Below are positions 50,188 to 63,540 of a DNA stretch of 64,000 bases, one piece after another. Each line of letters opens with the position of its first letter. The first letter of the stretch is position 1. The translations under genes were made by a program, and so were the position numbers. The notes beneath the pieces are model-generated. The model was not told the DNA's origin. It did no database searches and saw only the letters and a program-made list of their open reading frames with translations. The stretch comes from Sphyrna mokarran. Taxonomy: Eukaryota. The stretch spans positions 23,994,001-24,058,000 of the forward strand of contig JAGIQG010000013.1 of NCBI GenBank assembly GCA_024679065.1, written 5' to 3'.

Positions 50188-50965
50188 AGACCATAAGACA
50201 TAGGAATAGAAGTAGTCCATTTGGTCATTGAGTGTGTTCCGCCATTCAGTGAGATCATGACTGATCTGATATGATAACCCTTAACTCCACTTTTCCACCT
50301 TATCCACATAACCTTTGATCCCTTACTGATTAAAAACCTGTCTATCTCAGCCTTGAACATACTTAATGACCCTAGCCTCTACAGCCCTCTGTGTAAATAA
50401 TTCCACAGATTTACTACCTTCTGAGAGAAGAAATTTGGTCCTATAGTCTTTCTCCATTTCAATAATATTCAGCTGATTTATTCTTCCCACCAAAGTGCAT
50501 AACTTCACACCTCCCTATATTTTGTCTATTATATAGATATTAACCTGTCTATATCTCACTGTAGACTCTTTGTGCCATCTTCATCACCTGCCTTCCCACC
50601 TATTTTTGTGTCATTTGTAAACTTGGCAATGATACATTTGCTTTCCTTGTCCAAACCATTATTATATACATGATCCATTTTTATATGCACTGATTCTTAT
50701 AACACTCTACTAATTATAGGCTGCTATCCTGAAAATGCCCCTACTCTCTGTCTGCTGTTATCCCTACTCTCTGTCTGCTGTTATCCCTACTCTCTGTCTG
50801 CTGTTATCCCTGCTCTCTGTCTGCTGTTAATTAGACAGTCCTCTTGCCATGCTAATATGCTACCCCAGTACCATGGGCCCATACTTTATATAACCTTTTG
50901 TGTGGTAAATTATTCTATATTTTTGGAAATCTGAGTGTTTTACTTCTACTAATTCCTTTGGAAGG
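50188..50965 (-). mobile_element. Decayed CR1 LINE fragments ending ~40 bp before exon 3
   Basis: accataagacatagga tail; antisense remnants of KF.DDTKIGG and DFQK. Confidence 0.75.
50739..50829. repeat. Minisatellite, 23 bp x 4 (CCCTACTCTCTGTCTGCTGTTAT)
   Basis: Three perfect copies and one with a single substitution. Confidence 0.95.
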
Positions 50966-51007
50966 GTGTTTTCTCTTCTATACCTGATTTTATTTGTGCT
51001 TAACCAG

Positions 51008-51202
51008 GAAATGGAAATTAAGAAAATGGCCAAGGCTGGCAACAAAGATGCTTGCAAGGTTCTTGCCAAACAACTTGTGCAGTTGCGGAAACAGAAAACC
51101 CGTACGTATGCTGTGAGTTCGAAGGTTACTTCTATGTCTACTCAGGCTAAATTAATGAACTCTCAGATGAAGATGGCTGGTGCCATGGCTACCACAACAA
51201 AG
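51008..51202 (+). CDS. CHMP2B: CHMP2B coding exon 3 (EMEIKKMAKAGNKDACKVLAKQLVQLRKQKTRTYAVSSKVTSMSTQAKLMNSQMKMAGAMATTTK), 195 nt
   Basis: Lies inside ORF 50966..51229; acceptor cttaaccAG, donor AAG|GTACAT; Snf7-family sequence. Confidence 0.97.
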
Positions 51203-53065
51203 GTACATATATATAAAAAATGTTTTTGATGCATCATAAAAGAATTAATTTGTCAGCAAATAACTTGGGAAGACTTTGGGTGAAATTTTATAAAATAAAT
51301 TCTCAGTGCTGAATGAGTGAGAAAGTGTTAGAGTTTCAGATTTTTTTTTTTGGGTGAGTTTGAAAATGCAATCTTACGTCATTTAGTAAAAAAAGAATGA
51401 CAGGATGCGATTCTCACCAGCAAGGGGGAGGGAAAGCAGACTGCTGAGCTCCAGGGGTGCCATTGCACAGGCCCCCCAATCTTGCAATGTACTTTTAGTC
51501 TTCCTGAAATTACCCAGGCTAGGTGGATGTGAAGGCATGATTGTATCTTTCTGGCACAATTTCTGCAACAAGTGATGTTTAAAGAAGAAGCAGATTTTGA
51601 AGCAAATTTAAAAGTTTTTGCAAATGACTTCAAAATCTATTGGAATTTAACTGCAGTCCATCTAGTTGAATAGGTTATGCCGATTTTGAAGAAACTGGGG
51701 AACGTGCACAGAATGATCAACATTTTTCACCGATTTTTAAAGGGAGGAAATACAAAATAAGACGAGAATGTATTTGTGGTCCTATATCTTCGTTGTAAGT
51801 TCACAAAATTCCTGGCTGTTACAATTGTGTTGCCTCAGCCCGAATTATTAGATAGAAATAAGATTTGCTGTGAAGTACCAATAAAATTATTTCAAGTCAG
51901 CAGTTGAATTTTCTTCTCATAGAAATCCTTCATGCATGAATGAAAGATAAATTCACTTAAATTTCAGTTGCCTGAAGGAAATAACTCCATGTTAGCAATG
52001 CCTCTTCAGCATGTTCAATATATTACCAGATGTTAGAAGATACAATGGAAACATGCAGTTTGCTTGTGCTTGTGTGTGTGTGTTTATCTGTCTGTTAGTC
52101 TGTGAGAGAGAAATCTACTAAAAGAAGTTGACATTGCAGCAAAATTAGGTCAGTGACAGAATAAACGCAATCTGTGATCTCACTTTCAGATTACCGTTTT
52201 TTAAATGAATTCAGATAATTTATATGAATTAAGTGTGAATCAAATTTTGAGAATGTAATTTCTATGGAATATTATTTCTGGAGTATATATTAACTCAATA
52301 TTGTCAAATTACAGAGCAAATGACTTGATGTCTCCTGAGGACAGGGACTCTTTCTGTAAATGTGGTATTATGTAGAAATGAGGTTACCCTTAGGAAATAT
52401 CAAGAAATGATTGATTATTTTATTAACCAGAGTTTCAAATTTGAGCTCCTTTATTTCCAGCATTTCCCTCTAGAGTTTTATCATGCAAGTGCAATATTAT
52501 TTAGAAAGACAGCTTCCATCCCAATAGACAAATGTTATTATGCTTCAGATTAATCTCTTGACTTTCTTTTGCGATGTAATTTGGAAATTTAGTTTGTTGG
52601 CACAAAAGAAAGTTCTGAATAAGCCTTTAAACAAAGATGAAAAAGGGGTTTAATATATCTTTGGACTTGCAGGTTTTCCCTGAGGCAAATTGAAGTGCCT
52701 TGAGCAAATACAACCATTTAAATCACATTTAAATGAAGAAGGTTCTTCCAAAACGACAAACAGACACCTTCCACCTTATTTTCTTTTCTTTTTTATCAAG
52801 TGGATGCCCATGCTCAATATTTATTGTCCTATTTAATGTAGGAATGACACCATACCTGAGTGATATGCATTGTTTAAGCGACATTTTGGTTGCCTAAACA
52901 ATATTTTGAAAAATGGAGATTTTTGTTTGCTATATCTCTAATCAAAAATGCAGAAGGATTGGATTATTGTTTAAAATTACTAATCCTTCTCCCAAAGTTT
53001 TTAATTAAACGACATACCGTTGAAATAATTTATATGCGAGTGAAAAAACATGCTTTGTATTTTAG

Positions 53066-53168
53066 ACAATGCAAACTGTGAACAAGAAAATGGACCCACA
53101 AAAGACCTTACAAACTATGCAGAATTTCCAGAAAGAAAACATGAAAATGGAAATGACAGAAGAAATGA
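53066..53168 (+). CDS. CHMP2B: CHMP2B coding exon 4 (TMQTVNKKMDPQKTLQTMQNFQKENMKMEMTEEM), 103 nt
   Basis: Acceptor tgtattttAG, donor A|GTGAGT; translation nearly identical to vertebrate CHMP2B. Confidence 0.97.
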
Positions 53169-53487
53169 GTGAGTATGTTATTATCAAATATAAAATATGC
53201 CCAGAATTTTTTTAATGCTTTGCTGAACCCGTTTATGCAAAGGATTTTCAATAATAGGTTTCAAGATTTTCTGTGCCCTTCAGAGTAAAGCTTGGTGAGG
53301 ATAAAGGATTTGAAAGTGAAGCAAAACATTGAACATTCTTTGGGAAATGTATATTCCCTGATGTCCCTTTTCCCCCAAAAAAACTGCTTCTAATAGAGTT
53401 ACTATAAAACTTTCTAGATCTTTTTCATATTCTCAGAGGACAAGTGAAGCACAATTTAGATGCTGAATCTCAATATAATAGCATTGT

Positions 53488-53726
53488 AAAACTCTACAGT
53501 GCAGAAGGAGCATCTTCGCCCTATTGAGCCTGCACCACAAACCCACCCATTTCACCTACTCTGCACTTCTTGGACTGTGAAAAGAAACTGGAGCATCCAA
53601 AGGAAACCCACATATTCACGGGGAGAATGTGAAAACTCCACATGGACAGTGATCCAAACCAGGAATTGAACCCAGGTCCTTGACGCTATGAGACAGCAGT
53701 GCTAATCACTGTGCCACCATGCCACC
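53488..53726 (-). mobile_element. V-SINE type A with an internal deletion
   Basis: ctctacagtgcagaagga tail, core and head. Confidence 0.82.
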
Positions 53727-54723
53727 AACTCGTTTATCCCTAGTTGGGTGGGTTCCTTACTGCCTCCCTCCCTCCATTGTGATTCTGTTCCTACTTAAAA
53801 TATTGAAATAAAGATTGCATACATATGCAACCTTTAGTACCTCAGAACTGACAACCTCAAAGTCAAGGACAGGCTGCATTTCAGATCTTGTCAAATTTCA
53901 GGCAGTTCGGGTCAAGCCAGGTCAGGTGGAGCCAGGCATTGCTCAGAAAGCTGAAACAGATCAGTGCACAAGCATTGGGTGAAGAGTATGATTAGTCAAA
54001 CCACACCAATGATAGAACTGAATTGTCTAGGTAAGCTATTTTATTTTATTCAATTAAAATTGATGTGTGGCATATTCTACACACGTCTAGATTTTGAACA
54101 ACTCTTGTTTTTTGATTACCTGGATTTGAGACACTAACTGTGTTTAGTCTGATTTGAAATCCTGGTGATGCCATAGTCCAAATAATAGACAAGACAGTTT
54201 CAGACAAAACTACATTTTAAAAGTTGCAAACAGTTTTGCTTTCAACAGATTTTGTAATGCCGATGAGGTTTCATGACTAGTGATGTAAGGTGATTTGCTG
54301 TGGCATGTCTTACTGATTTAAAGAGATCTATCCCCTTGTCTATCCACAAAGCAAAGTTGGAGATCAGTGTCTCATATCTTTGCAAAAATGATCAAGTTTC
54401 TGTTTGGGAATGGGATACTAAGGCATACACCAACTTTTTGCCTCCCATGTGAGTAAGTGGAGTGGGCAAAGAAATGGATTTGACAAAGTGGTAGGTGAGG
54501 GCAAGAGGGAATTGGGCAGTTAGACTTTTGTTATGATCCTAATGGATTGAAAGGTCAATCTGAAAATTAGGCTTGGTTGGAAGAAGGATTAGGAGAACAT
54601 GGTGCTACTGAATGATAATTGAACTGAGAGGTGAAATTGATCCAATGAATCATGGTGCAATGATTGCTAGTATTGCTTAATGTCATCTGTGGGATATGGT
54701 AAATAATTGTGGGCTGTCCAATT

Positions 54724-55056
54724 AGTTGAGTATCCTTTATCCAAAACCTTTGGGGCCCAGTTGCATTTGGATTTCAGATAATTTTGATTCCTGGACACTG
54801 CGTATAAACTAATATTGCAAAGGCCTAAGCTAGTGATAGTTTAAAGTAAACAAAATAGCTGGAAAATTAAAGTATGTCATTAAATAATAAATACAGAGTA
54901 TCTGTAATTTTCTTTTTGACATGCTCACTGCAAAGATTGTGAGATAAACAGTGCAGATAAGCCTTACACTTCTGTACTAAAGGTCAATGAGATTCAAAAA
55001 TAGTGTGGTTTTTGGGTGTTTGGTTTACAGATTTATGAATAAAGATACTTGACCAG
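54724..55056. mobile_element. Tigger/pogo-like (MER46/Zombi-like) non-autonomous DNA transposon
   Basis: TIR GTTGAGTATCCTTTATCCAAAA / TTTATGAATAAAGATACTTGACCAG followed by TA. Confidence 0.65.
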
Positions 55057-56379
55057 TATTAATTGAACTTTTTAAGTGTATGACTAAATCATTAAGTGCA
55101 TCATATCAAAATTTAATCTCAAGGGAATTTGGTAAACTCAGATTCACCAAGCTTATAAATCTACCACAGCTTTTAAAAAAAACTATGTCAAAAACGTTAA
55201 TAAAATTTAAATAATTACTCAGTGTTTACCCTTCACCAATTTTCAGGATGGAGTGCGATTGATGAAGCATGCTGCGTTCTGAGCAGGGTTGGGTGGAAGC
55301 TGGCTCTTGCATTCAGAACAAGGTTGACACGTGATTGATTAGGTCAGACCAGGCAGGGATCAGATGGCTGGGGAATTACTAGGAGATCTGGTGTCAGACT
55401 GGCCAGTAAACTAGCTATTGCCCTCAGCTGGGCTCGATGGGGAGCTAGCTGCTTTGCGCAAGTATTGAAAAGGCTGCAACCAAATGGGAATAGTCAGTGT
55501 GAGCCTCATTAAGGAGAGAGAGGAGTATTCTGGTGCACCTGAGACTAAGAAGAAAATTTGTGCTGGAGTACTTGGTTGAACGTGGGAGATAGTGCAAAAA
55601 TGCCATAATAAAAACAAAAAACAATGGAAGTACCCAGCAGGTCAAGATAGCACCTATGGAGTGAAAGTGTTAATGCTTCAGGTCAACAACCTTCCATTGA
55701 AACGGATTTACAACAAAGTTTTAACAAAAACAGTTTGGTTTCGTATTGCTTGAATAGTATGTTGAAGATTTATGAGCAGTAGTTTGCGTCTCTTTAAAGA
55801 CATGGCCACAAGCAGTATGCCACCTGTACAGATGTGGGGGAGAATGGGGAAAGAAAAGTTGCTGTTTTATTCTGTGCAGAGATTACTCCATCCACTTTCT
55901 TCTGCAAATGTTTTTCCTGCTACTTCAAAAAAAACCTTCTGGACAATCAAGAAAATAGTGTGAAATACTAACTATGCACATTTAAATGATACTGTTTTTG
56001 AAAGCTCATCAGTGTTCTATTGAAGAATGTTATTAACTTATCCAGCAATACAGTAATACTAATTCTATAAGTCAATGTTCACTGATCTTTTTTTTCGGCT
56101 AAAATGCTCCATTAACAATTAGTTTCTTCTTTCCCCCTCACCCTCGTCAATGCTGAGATGTCATGTTATGAAATACCATGGAAGAAAAAGTTGTATTTCA
56201 AAGGATAATCCAATAAATACCTGTAGGCGGCAGGGCACCAGTGTAGAGTTAGACTAGAAGATCAACCATAATCTTATTGAATAAACCACTGTCATCTTGT
56301 TTCTTGTTTGCAATTTGAAATGTGATGCCTTTATTCTATTTGACAACAGTCCAAAATAAATAAATATGATTTCTTCCAG

Positions 56380-56486
56380 TGAACGATACATTAGATGACA
56401 TTTTTGACGAGTCTGGAGATGAAGAAGAAAGCCAAGATATTGTGAACCAGGTGTTAGATGAAATAGGAATTGAGATTTCTGGAAAG
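56380..56486 (+). CDS. CHMP2B: CHMP2B coding exon 5 (MNDTLDDIFDESGDEEESQDIVNQVLDEIGIEISGK), 107 nt
   Basis: Acceptor tttcttccAG, donor AAG|GTATTT; acidic segment and VLDEIG motif of CHMP2. Confidence 0.97.
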
Positions 56487-56776
56487 GTATTTATCCATTT
56501 TGCTTTTACAGATTTCACATCCATTTGAGGTGTACACTTATTATCATCAAACTCAAGTATTGATTGTCTTATTTGTTTAAACTAAATCCTAGAGGGGAAG
56601 ATAATCTTGCTGTTTGATTTTCTGTTGCAATTCTTTTCCTTCATAGATTCTAGCGCAAAGCAAATTGAGGTTTCAACAATTTGATTCCAATCTCTAGATC
56701 TAACTGATAAATCCAGTTATGATACCGTCAGAAAGAAAATTTACAATCAGTATTTATCTTAATACAATAAAATTTT

Positions 56777-57292
56777 ATAATTAATGGGAAATAGGCAAAG
56801 AAATAAACAGATTTCTTACATTTATTTGGATTTCTATAATAGTTCATACTAATTACTTTTTACTTGAAACCCCAATAATTAACGGGAAATAGGCAAAAAA
56901 TAAACAAATTTCTTACATTTATTTGCATTTCTATAATAGTGGCAACATAATCGTTTTGGTCCATTGGTCTGATTTTAAATGTAAATTAATTTCTCTCTGC
57001 ATAATGCCTTCAAACCCTCGGGTAGGAAGTTTATCCTTTATTTGATTTTTCTGATGAAAAACATCTGAAAACTAAAAACTTTAGATTTCATGTAAATGAT
57101 GAAAAGTAAATACTAAAAATATATTGAAAAACAAACAAGAAATTGCAAAAAAAAATTCTCTCCTTTCATAAGGCATGAATCAATGAAGGGAAATAAAATG
57201 TTTTTGCACCTAAACCTAATTTGTCACTAGAAACACCAGGGCTCATTCTAAATATAATTCATACTAATTACTTTTTACTTGAAACCCCAATA
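56777..57292. repeat. Local complex duplication A-B-A'...B' in intron 5
   Basis: 56777-56843 resembles 56875-56940; 56843-56877 is identical to 57258-57292. Confidence 0.9.
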
Positions 57293-58065
57293 CAGTTAAA
57301 AATCATTGCAGTTTGTAATCCTTGGAAATGATGAAAATTGGATTACTAAAACTGGTTTCAGTTTCAGGAAGTGTTTTTTTTAATTGATAGAGGTTCCAAA
57401 TTTGAGCATAGATTTAAAATAATTGGTAAAAGGAATGTATGTGGAAGCACCCACCAATGGTAGCAGAGGGCTCTGGAGTAAAACCACCTTCAAATCTGTT
57501 CCTCTCATCCCTTTTTCTCAGACCCCCCTGCCCTGTCCCAGCAAACACACCCTACTTATTTTCTGCCTAGGGCTGCACCACCTTTTCTGTGCCCAGTTGC
57601 ATTGCAGTACTGGCAGTGGCTATCACTCCTGGTATAGAGCTTAATCTCTTGAAAATAGCTGTGGCAGGGTTACCACCAGTCTTCCAGCTGGGAGATGGGC
57701 CCTGCTGCCGCAACTATTACATTCTACTCGATACAGCCAAAGTTAACTAATACAAATGTTATGTTAAAACATTGTAACCACTATGTATTAATGATGAAGA
57801 CCAAATCTTGTCTGCAAAAGTTAAAACTTCTAATACTTGAAATAAAAAAAGAAAATCACAAGTGTTGGACATTTGAAATGAAGAATGCAACTAATGTTTT
57901 TGGAGAATTGCAGGACCCACATTGTTTCCTCATCTATTGTCAGATTCTGATGGGGTACCAGTAAATTTACAGAATTTTCACTTGTTATTGCTCTATTTTT
58001 GAATGGTTTGAAATGCCAGAGCACCAATCTTTTTATGTGAATGAAACATGTTGTTATCTCTACAG

Positions 58066-58176
58066 ATGGCTAATGCTCCATCAGCAGCCAAAGGTCTACC
58101 TACAGCATCCACGTCTAAATCCCATATCTCAGATGAAGAAATTGAACGACAACTGCGAGCTTTGGGAGTGGACTAG
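58066..58176 (+). CDS. CHMP2B: CHMP2B coding exon 6 (MANAPSAAKGLPTASTSKSHISDEEIERQLRALGVD*), 111 nt
   Basis: Acceptor tctctacAG; C-terminal VPS4-binding MIM1-like helix DEEIERQLRALGVD; TAG at 58174-58176; spliced CDS 642 nt = 213 aa. Confidence 0.97.
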   Translation: MANAPSAAKGLPTASTSKSHISDEEIERQLRALGVD

Positions 58177-58660
58177 TTGATCTGGCTGTCACTGGGGGAG
58201 GAGGAAATCCTTCTCTGTTCACATGTGAATAATAACCTTTTACCTTAACTAACTTGGACCCACTTTAAGGGCAACATTGGATAAAATAATGGGAATATCA
58301 TGGATACTCTATATAACTTTAACAAAAAAATTAATTTCCAAAGCCAGACTCTGCCTACTTTGGTTACATAAAACTAATTTCTCAAGGATTTTTGGAGTGG
58401 AAATAAAAATTACTAACCATACATATTGTTTGTAAGATTGCCAGATGTATATCAAAGCATGGTATGTACGCTTAATTTGTTTGGCTCCACGTGTTATGGT
58501 TTCCCACTAAAATGACAAAGAAGAAAATGTTTGTTGCCAATTATATTTTTTAATATTCTGGTGTCATCAATATTATTTACATCTTAACAGGGAAAGCTGT
58601 AGGTAGTTTAATATTTTCAATGTTTTACAATAAACTGTGAAACATTTGAGTGACAGTTTA
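58177..58660 (+). other. CHMP2B proximal 3' UTR with candidate poly(A) signal
   Basis: AT-rich sequence after the stop; AATAAA at 58402 and 58629. Confidence 0.5.
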
Positions 58661-59189
58661 CTGTCAGTTTCAGGTTTCATTGAGGTCTGATTTACTCAGA
58701 TGGCTGTTCATACTATTTTTGGGTTGATATGCAATAGTTGCATCAGCACAGCACAAAAGCAGCACTGTGACTTGGTTGTTGGATTCTGATCTGATTCTTG
58801 TGCAGTGAAGCCTGGTGATATGAAACTACCTTTAGTTTCTAACTCACTGACGACTTGGATTTCATGTTGGAAACATTATAATTGCAGCCTGGAGCAAATT
58901 TATCTTACAGATATGTTCAGTAGTACATTTCATGTTCTCATCACTTTATAAACTTTGGGTAATTTGCTTTAATCAGAGTGCACACTGGTGTCTGACCTCT
59001 TCTACCATTTAAAATTATGTGCAAGTAGCAAGGTACAGCTGGCAGCTTTATTCGTTGAACGTTACATTCTACAAATAGCAGACACAGCAGCTGAAATAAT
59101 TACCTGGAACACATTATAAGACAAATTCAAACTAATAGTTCATAAAATCCCTGTATTGTAGTTGAGTAGGGACAGTAGAGAAAAAACAA

Positions 59190-60020
59190 GGGCGCGATTT
59201 TCCAGGAACAATCGGCGTGCCAATCCAGGAAGTTAATGTGCAAGACCAAAAATCCTATTACATGCTTTCTTCCTGGCCCTGTTTTGCTGGTGAGAATGGC
59301 TTTGCACCCAGAAAGGGAGTGAAATTTATTAACATAGAATTGCCAACATTTAAATGTGATTATCCAGTCTAGCATAGCTGCTTTCCCTCTTGCCAGTGAG
59401 CCATTGCATCGGTGAGGATTTCTATTGCTCTGTAGTAGCGGAGAACACGTACCATGGCCACGCCGGGAACAGTGGAGGCCATTGAAGTCGGGTAGTTGGG
59501 GGCATGGCTCGGTACACCCACCTAGCACCTGACAGTGGGGCACCATATTTGTGCTGGGATAATCTCAACAGGGTGTGGCCAAGGGTAGGGGTGGGGGTGA
59601 GGGTGGGCGTGGAGGGAGTTGGAGCCAGAACGGGGATGTGGCTATGATGGGGGATGGGACTGCACAATGATGGGAGAGTGTATACAGGGAGGGAGCTCTG
59701 CAACCAGGGTGGTATGCAAGGGGAAGTGGCATGTCAGACCACACGACTTACCGGAAGAGTCCTGATGTTCCGCTGCTGGTGACCTGCATTGGTGCAGAGG
59801 AGTAGCATTGCTGCCAATTGACGGAGGACAGGGAGGAGCTCTCCCAGTTCACGAGGAGAATGGGGCCCCTATGCAATGGTTCCCAAGCACTGTGAAGTTG
59901 GTCCCCCCACCCGCCATCCCTCTGTGGTTGCAAAGCTCCCAGCTGTCAAAAAAATTGACAGAGCGCTGGATGAATGTAGTGCCAACATCGTACAAAAGAC
60001 TGGCAATGTATTTAAATTAA
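59190..60020. mobile_element. GC-rich probable Harbinger-like non-autonomous element, one end only
   Basis: Begins GGGCGCGATTTTCC like the other MITE TIRs here; sharp GC/CpG contrast with the flanks; right TIR not found. Confidence 0.5.
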
Positions 60021-63000
60021 TTTAAACAATTCCCTTACAATAGCATAAAAGCAAAATACACTGGATGCTGAAAATTTGAAATATGATTCTTGATTTAGCT
60101 CTAAAATGTTAACTCTATTTTCCTCTCCACAGAGGCTGTCAGATTTGTTGAATATTTTCAGCACTTAAATATATAGGTAGACCTGCAACTATTAAATTCA
60201 TTTACATTGTTAGGGAACTTCATTGCTAACCAGCTAGCTTGTACTTCAAAAACCAAACAGAACATTTGAAGTTTTAAATCGGCCTTTATTTAAGCTACAA
60301 CAGCAAAGGTTGCTTCCATGAGATGATGCACAGACTTGGAGTGAGACATTGCAGCAGTAATTATATCTATGCTTATCTTGCAAGTAATTTGCATATACTA
60401 ATCGTAAGTATACATTAGTTCTGAAGTCATTGATATCCAATTATAGCTCATAGTTCCCATTATATTCACCTAACATAAATTAAGTAGTCAACCAGTTGCT
60501 GCCTCGAAACACTTGTCTACTTATAAGTTCAGTTACTAATGAAGCAAGCCCACATGATTGCACTATCCAAATACCCACACCTGCGGACCTTGGTTGCTAT
60601 TCTCCTTGTGGTTTATCAAAGTTCCCATTCTCTTGTCCTTTGTTTATCTTGTTTATGTAGCCCATCTATAACTATGGGAAGTTCACAGAAATAATTTCCC
60701 AGAGGAACTCTGCTGTACTCCACATGGACACTTTATTGCATTTGATGATTTTAACTTCTTCATAGACGAAAATGTCTGTTCTTAAAAAAAACTAATAGAA
60801 ATTTTTCTAATTTCTTTTGAGTTGATCAGAAAGTTGCTGAAGTAATCAGGTTTAAATTCTGTATTTACTGCAACCTTAATGTGGTGTTGCAATGTCATTT
60901 TTAAAATAAATAGTGTGTGTATATATATTTATACAGGTCATACTAACTTAACTCAGCCAGTTAACTACGTTTTTCCCTGTTGAGAACTTGCTGGTTGATT
61001 AATTTTAGCATTTCTTGAATATTTTTAACAGTTATTTAAATAAAAGGTGACAATCTGGAACATATTTTCCATTTTGAGTATCTAGTTACCTTTTTGTCTC
61101 TCAAGTAATTTTTTTTGTTTACACCTACCAGTGTGAGTCTTAAGCTTGAAGATTTACTCTGTATCTAGCCAGAGATGACTCAACAGGTACTGAGAAAAAA
61201 ATACACACTTGCGTTATAACTGTTTTGTATATGAGGGTTAGCTGACTAGCAAAATGGGGATTGGTATGCAACTTTCTGTCCATGGTTGCAGAGTGAAAGC
61301 TGCTATTTAATTTCTAGATTAATAATGGCCAAAATTATCTGCTACAAAGAAATCTGTACCATAGAAGAACTTCTTCAAGCTTGATAAAGATGATTTGTGG
61401 ACATAAAAAGTTAGAGTAAAATATAGTTAAATTATAAACCAAATAACTTGCAGACTGCTTTGATTCTGAAAGCAATATCAAAAATGGTGGTATTAGAGAA
61501 AATGCACTATTTAAGATCTTTAGGGAAATGAGGGAGCTGGTTTAAATTTATATTTCTCTTAAATAGGTTCTTAATTATAACATACTTTACCTTTTAGAAA
61601 TTATATATATAGCATCAGGTATTTTAAGCCAATGCTATTCAAATAGGTAAGAACCATCCTGCCTACTGTGTATGCCTTTCTTTTCACCGTATGAAAGTAA
61701 CTTAAGTCTTCAGTTCCTTGTTTTACAAAACTTTAAAAACATTGGCCATGAGGAAACACATTTTAAATGTGAGACTTAAATTTCTGAAGTTTCACATTTT
61801 GCACTGAATATAGAGAAAACCAGATTAGCATCGTGCTTTCATAAAATCACAAGATAATTATGGACAAGGAAGACCATTTGGCACATCCTTGTTCATTCAG
61901 CCATACAGGTGGACTTTATATTACCATATTCAGACAATATTGTGTGTGTGCCTTTTTATCAAAGCAATCTTGCATTTTCCTCTCTCCCTTGGCAATGGAA
62001 AATAATTAACTTGGGAACCTAAATGCAGAAGGCAATGTCACAATATTGTTGGCATTTTTGAATCCTACATTCAAATGTCCATCTACTATGTTTGTAAAAA
62101 TGCATATTAATAAAGAATTTGTGCACTAATATTAAACGTGCCTATTTCTCTTTAAAAAAAAGTTCTAGCAAGTCCTTGCCATAAATGTTCTGATCATGGT
62201 TTCTCAAAAGTTCTAACAACAGAACAGGTAACTTTGTTGAAATTATTGGAACAATGATATGTTTGTGAAACACAAAGTTTGTTCCCAGTTTTTTAGATTT
62301 ATTTCCTCTTTTGGAATTATTTATGAAGCAATTTGAAACTTGATTAATTTATAGTTATTTCCAGTATAGGTAATGGTATGATATGATTAAACTGACGTAG
62401 ACTTTCACTTAGTATTTTTCTCTGATCATGACATTTGTGCTATTGGGTATTCTTTTTAGTAATAAAACATCTGCACTGTATTAAGATACATGGCTCTATT
62501 ACTTGTATAGTAGGTACAAATTGTGACTTATTGCCAAGTGCGTACTGGGGACTTTGTGCCAAATGCTTACTAATGTGTGTGTATGTGATAATTTTTTTTG
62601 GATATCTCTTCAATATTGATACATACAAGGACACAATAGAATTGGTAGTTATCTTGTGTGAGCACATTTAAGTTACCAACTAAACTTACTATGAGAACAA
62701 ATGAAGATGATTCTTCTAACACTTAGAGGGGCCTGGAAATATTCTACACTGATGAGCATTTTGCATTAGTTCAAACTAAAGTTTAAAAGACTGTAGAAAA
62801 TTATATGAGACAAGTAAAAGAAATTGGAAAAAGTAAATGCCCTCAGATAAAGCAATAAACGTTGTGCTTTAGAGATGCTCAGATTGTCTTTGGTGTGTTA
62901 TTGATTTTGCATTTTGTTTTGCCAAGTAATTGAAGAAGGTATGACTTTTGATATTGGTACCAGATAAGCTTATAATATTTTTCGGGGAATTGAGGGTATA

Positions 63001-63540
63001 ATTAAAATTAATTTATAATTCTGTGGTTTCACCATTTTTATGTAAAAGTTAACATTAGTTTATCAAATGACCAGCTTGTCTTTAAATAATGACTTTTTTA
63101 ATATATTAGAAAGTGATGGTTTTAAGTTTCTATCAATTGACTATAGACTGTGTTGCAATAACTGATGGCATTCAGTGCAGTATTTAAAAGTTACAATTCA
63201 TTATGCTATATTGTTTGGAATGTTTTCTCTTCATTTTGTAACTTATTAATTGTTAAAACTGTTCAAAAGATCGAGAACTTAAACACTTGTATAAGGACAA
63301 AGAGGTACAAATTTCAAATATAGTGCATATATATATATATTGAATATATATTTTGCAATTTATTTATATTGCAAAAATAAAGTGTGTATGTGAGACATCT
63401 TAAAACTTGCACAATCATGTTTTGCATCCAACTTGCACTGTAGTCTTATTCCACTATTCTCATTTGTTTATGCTAATCATCCTCACTTTTTTCTCATTTG
63501 TCAGTTGTGGCTCAGTTGGTAGCACTCTCACTCTTGAGTT

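Noticed and set aside
50966-51229. 87-aa ORF as a standalone secreted or membrane protein
   Set aside because: Only 51008-51202 is exonic; the hydrophobic start is the translated polypyrimidine tract
63505-63540. tRNA genes here, at 43500-43560 and at the SINE heads
   Set aside because: Only A/B-box fragments; no complete cloverleaf; they belong to tRNA-derived SINEs
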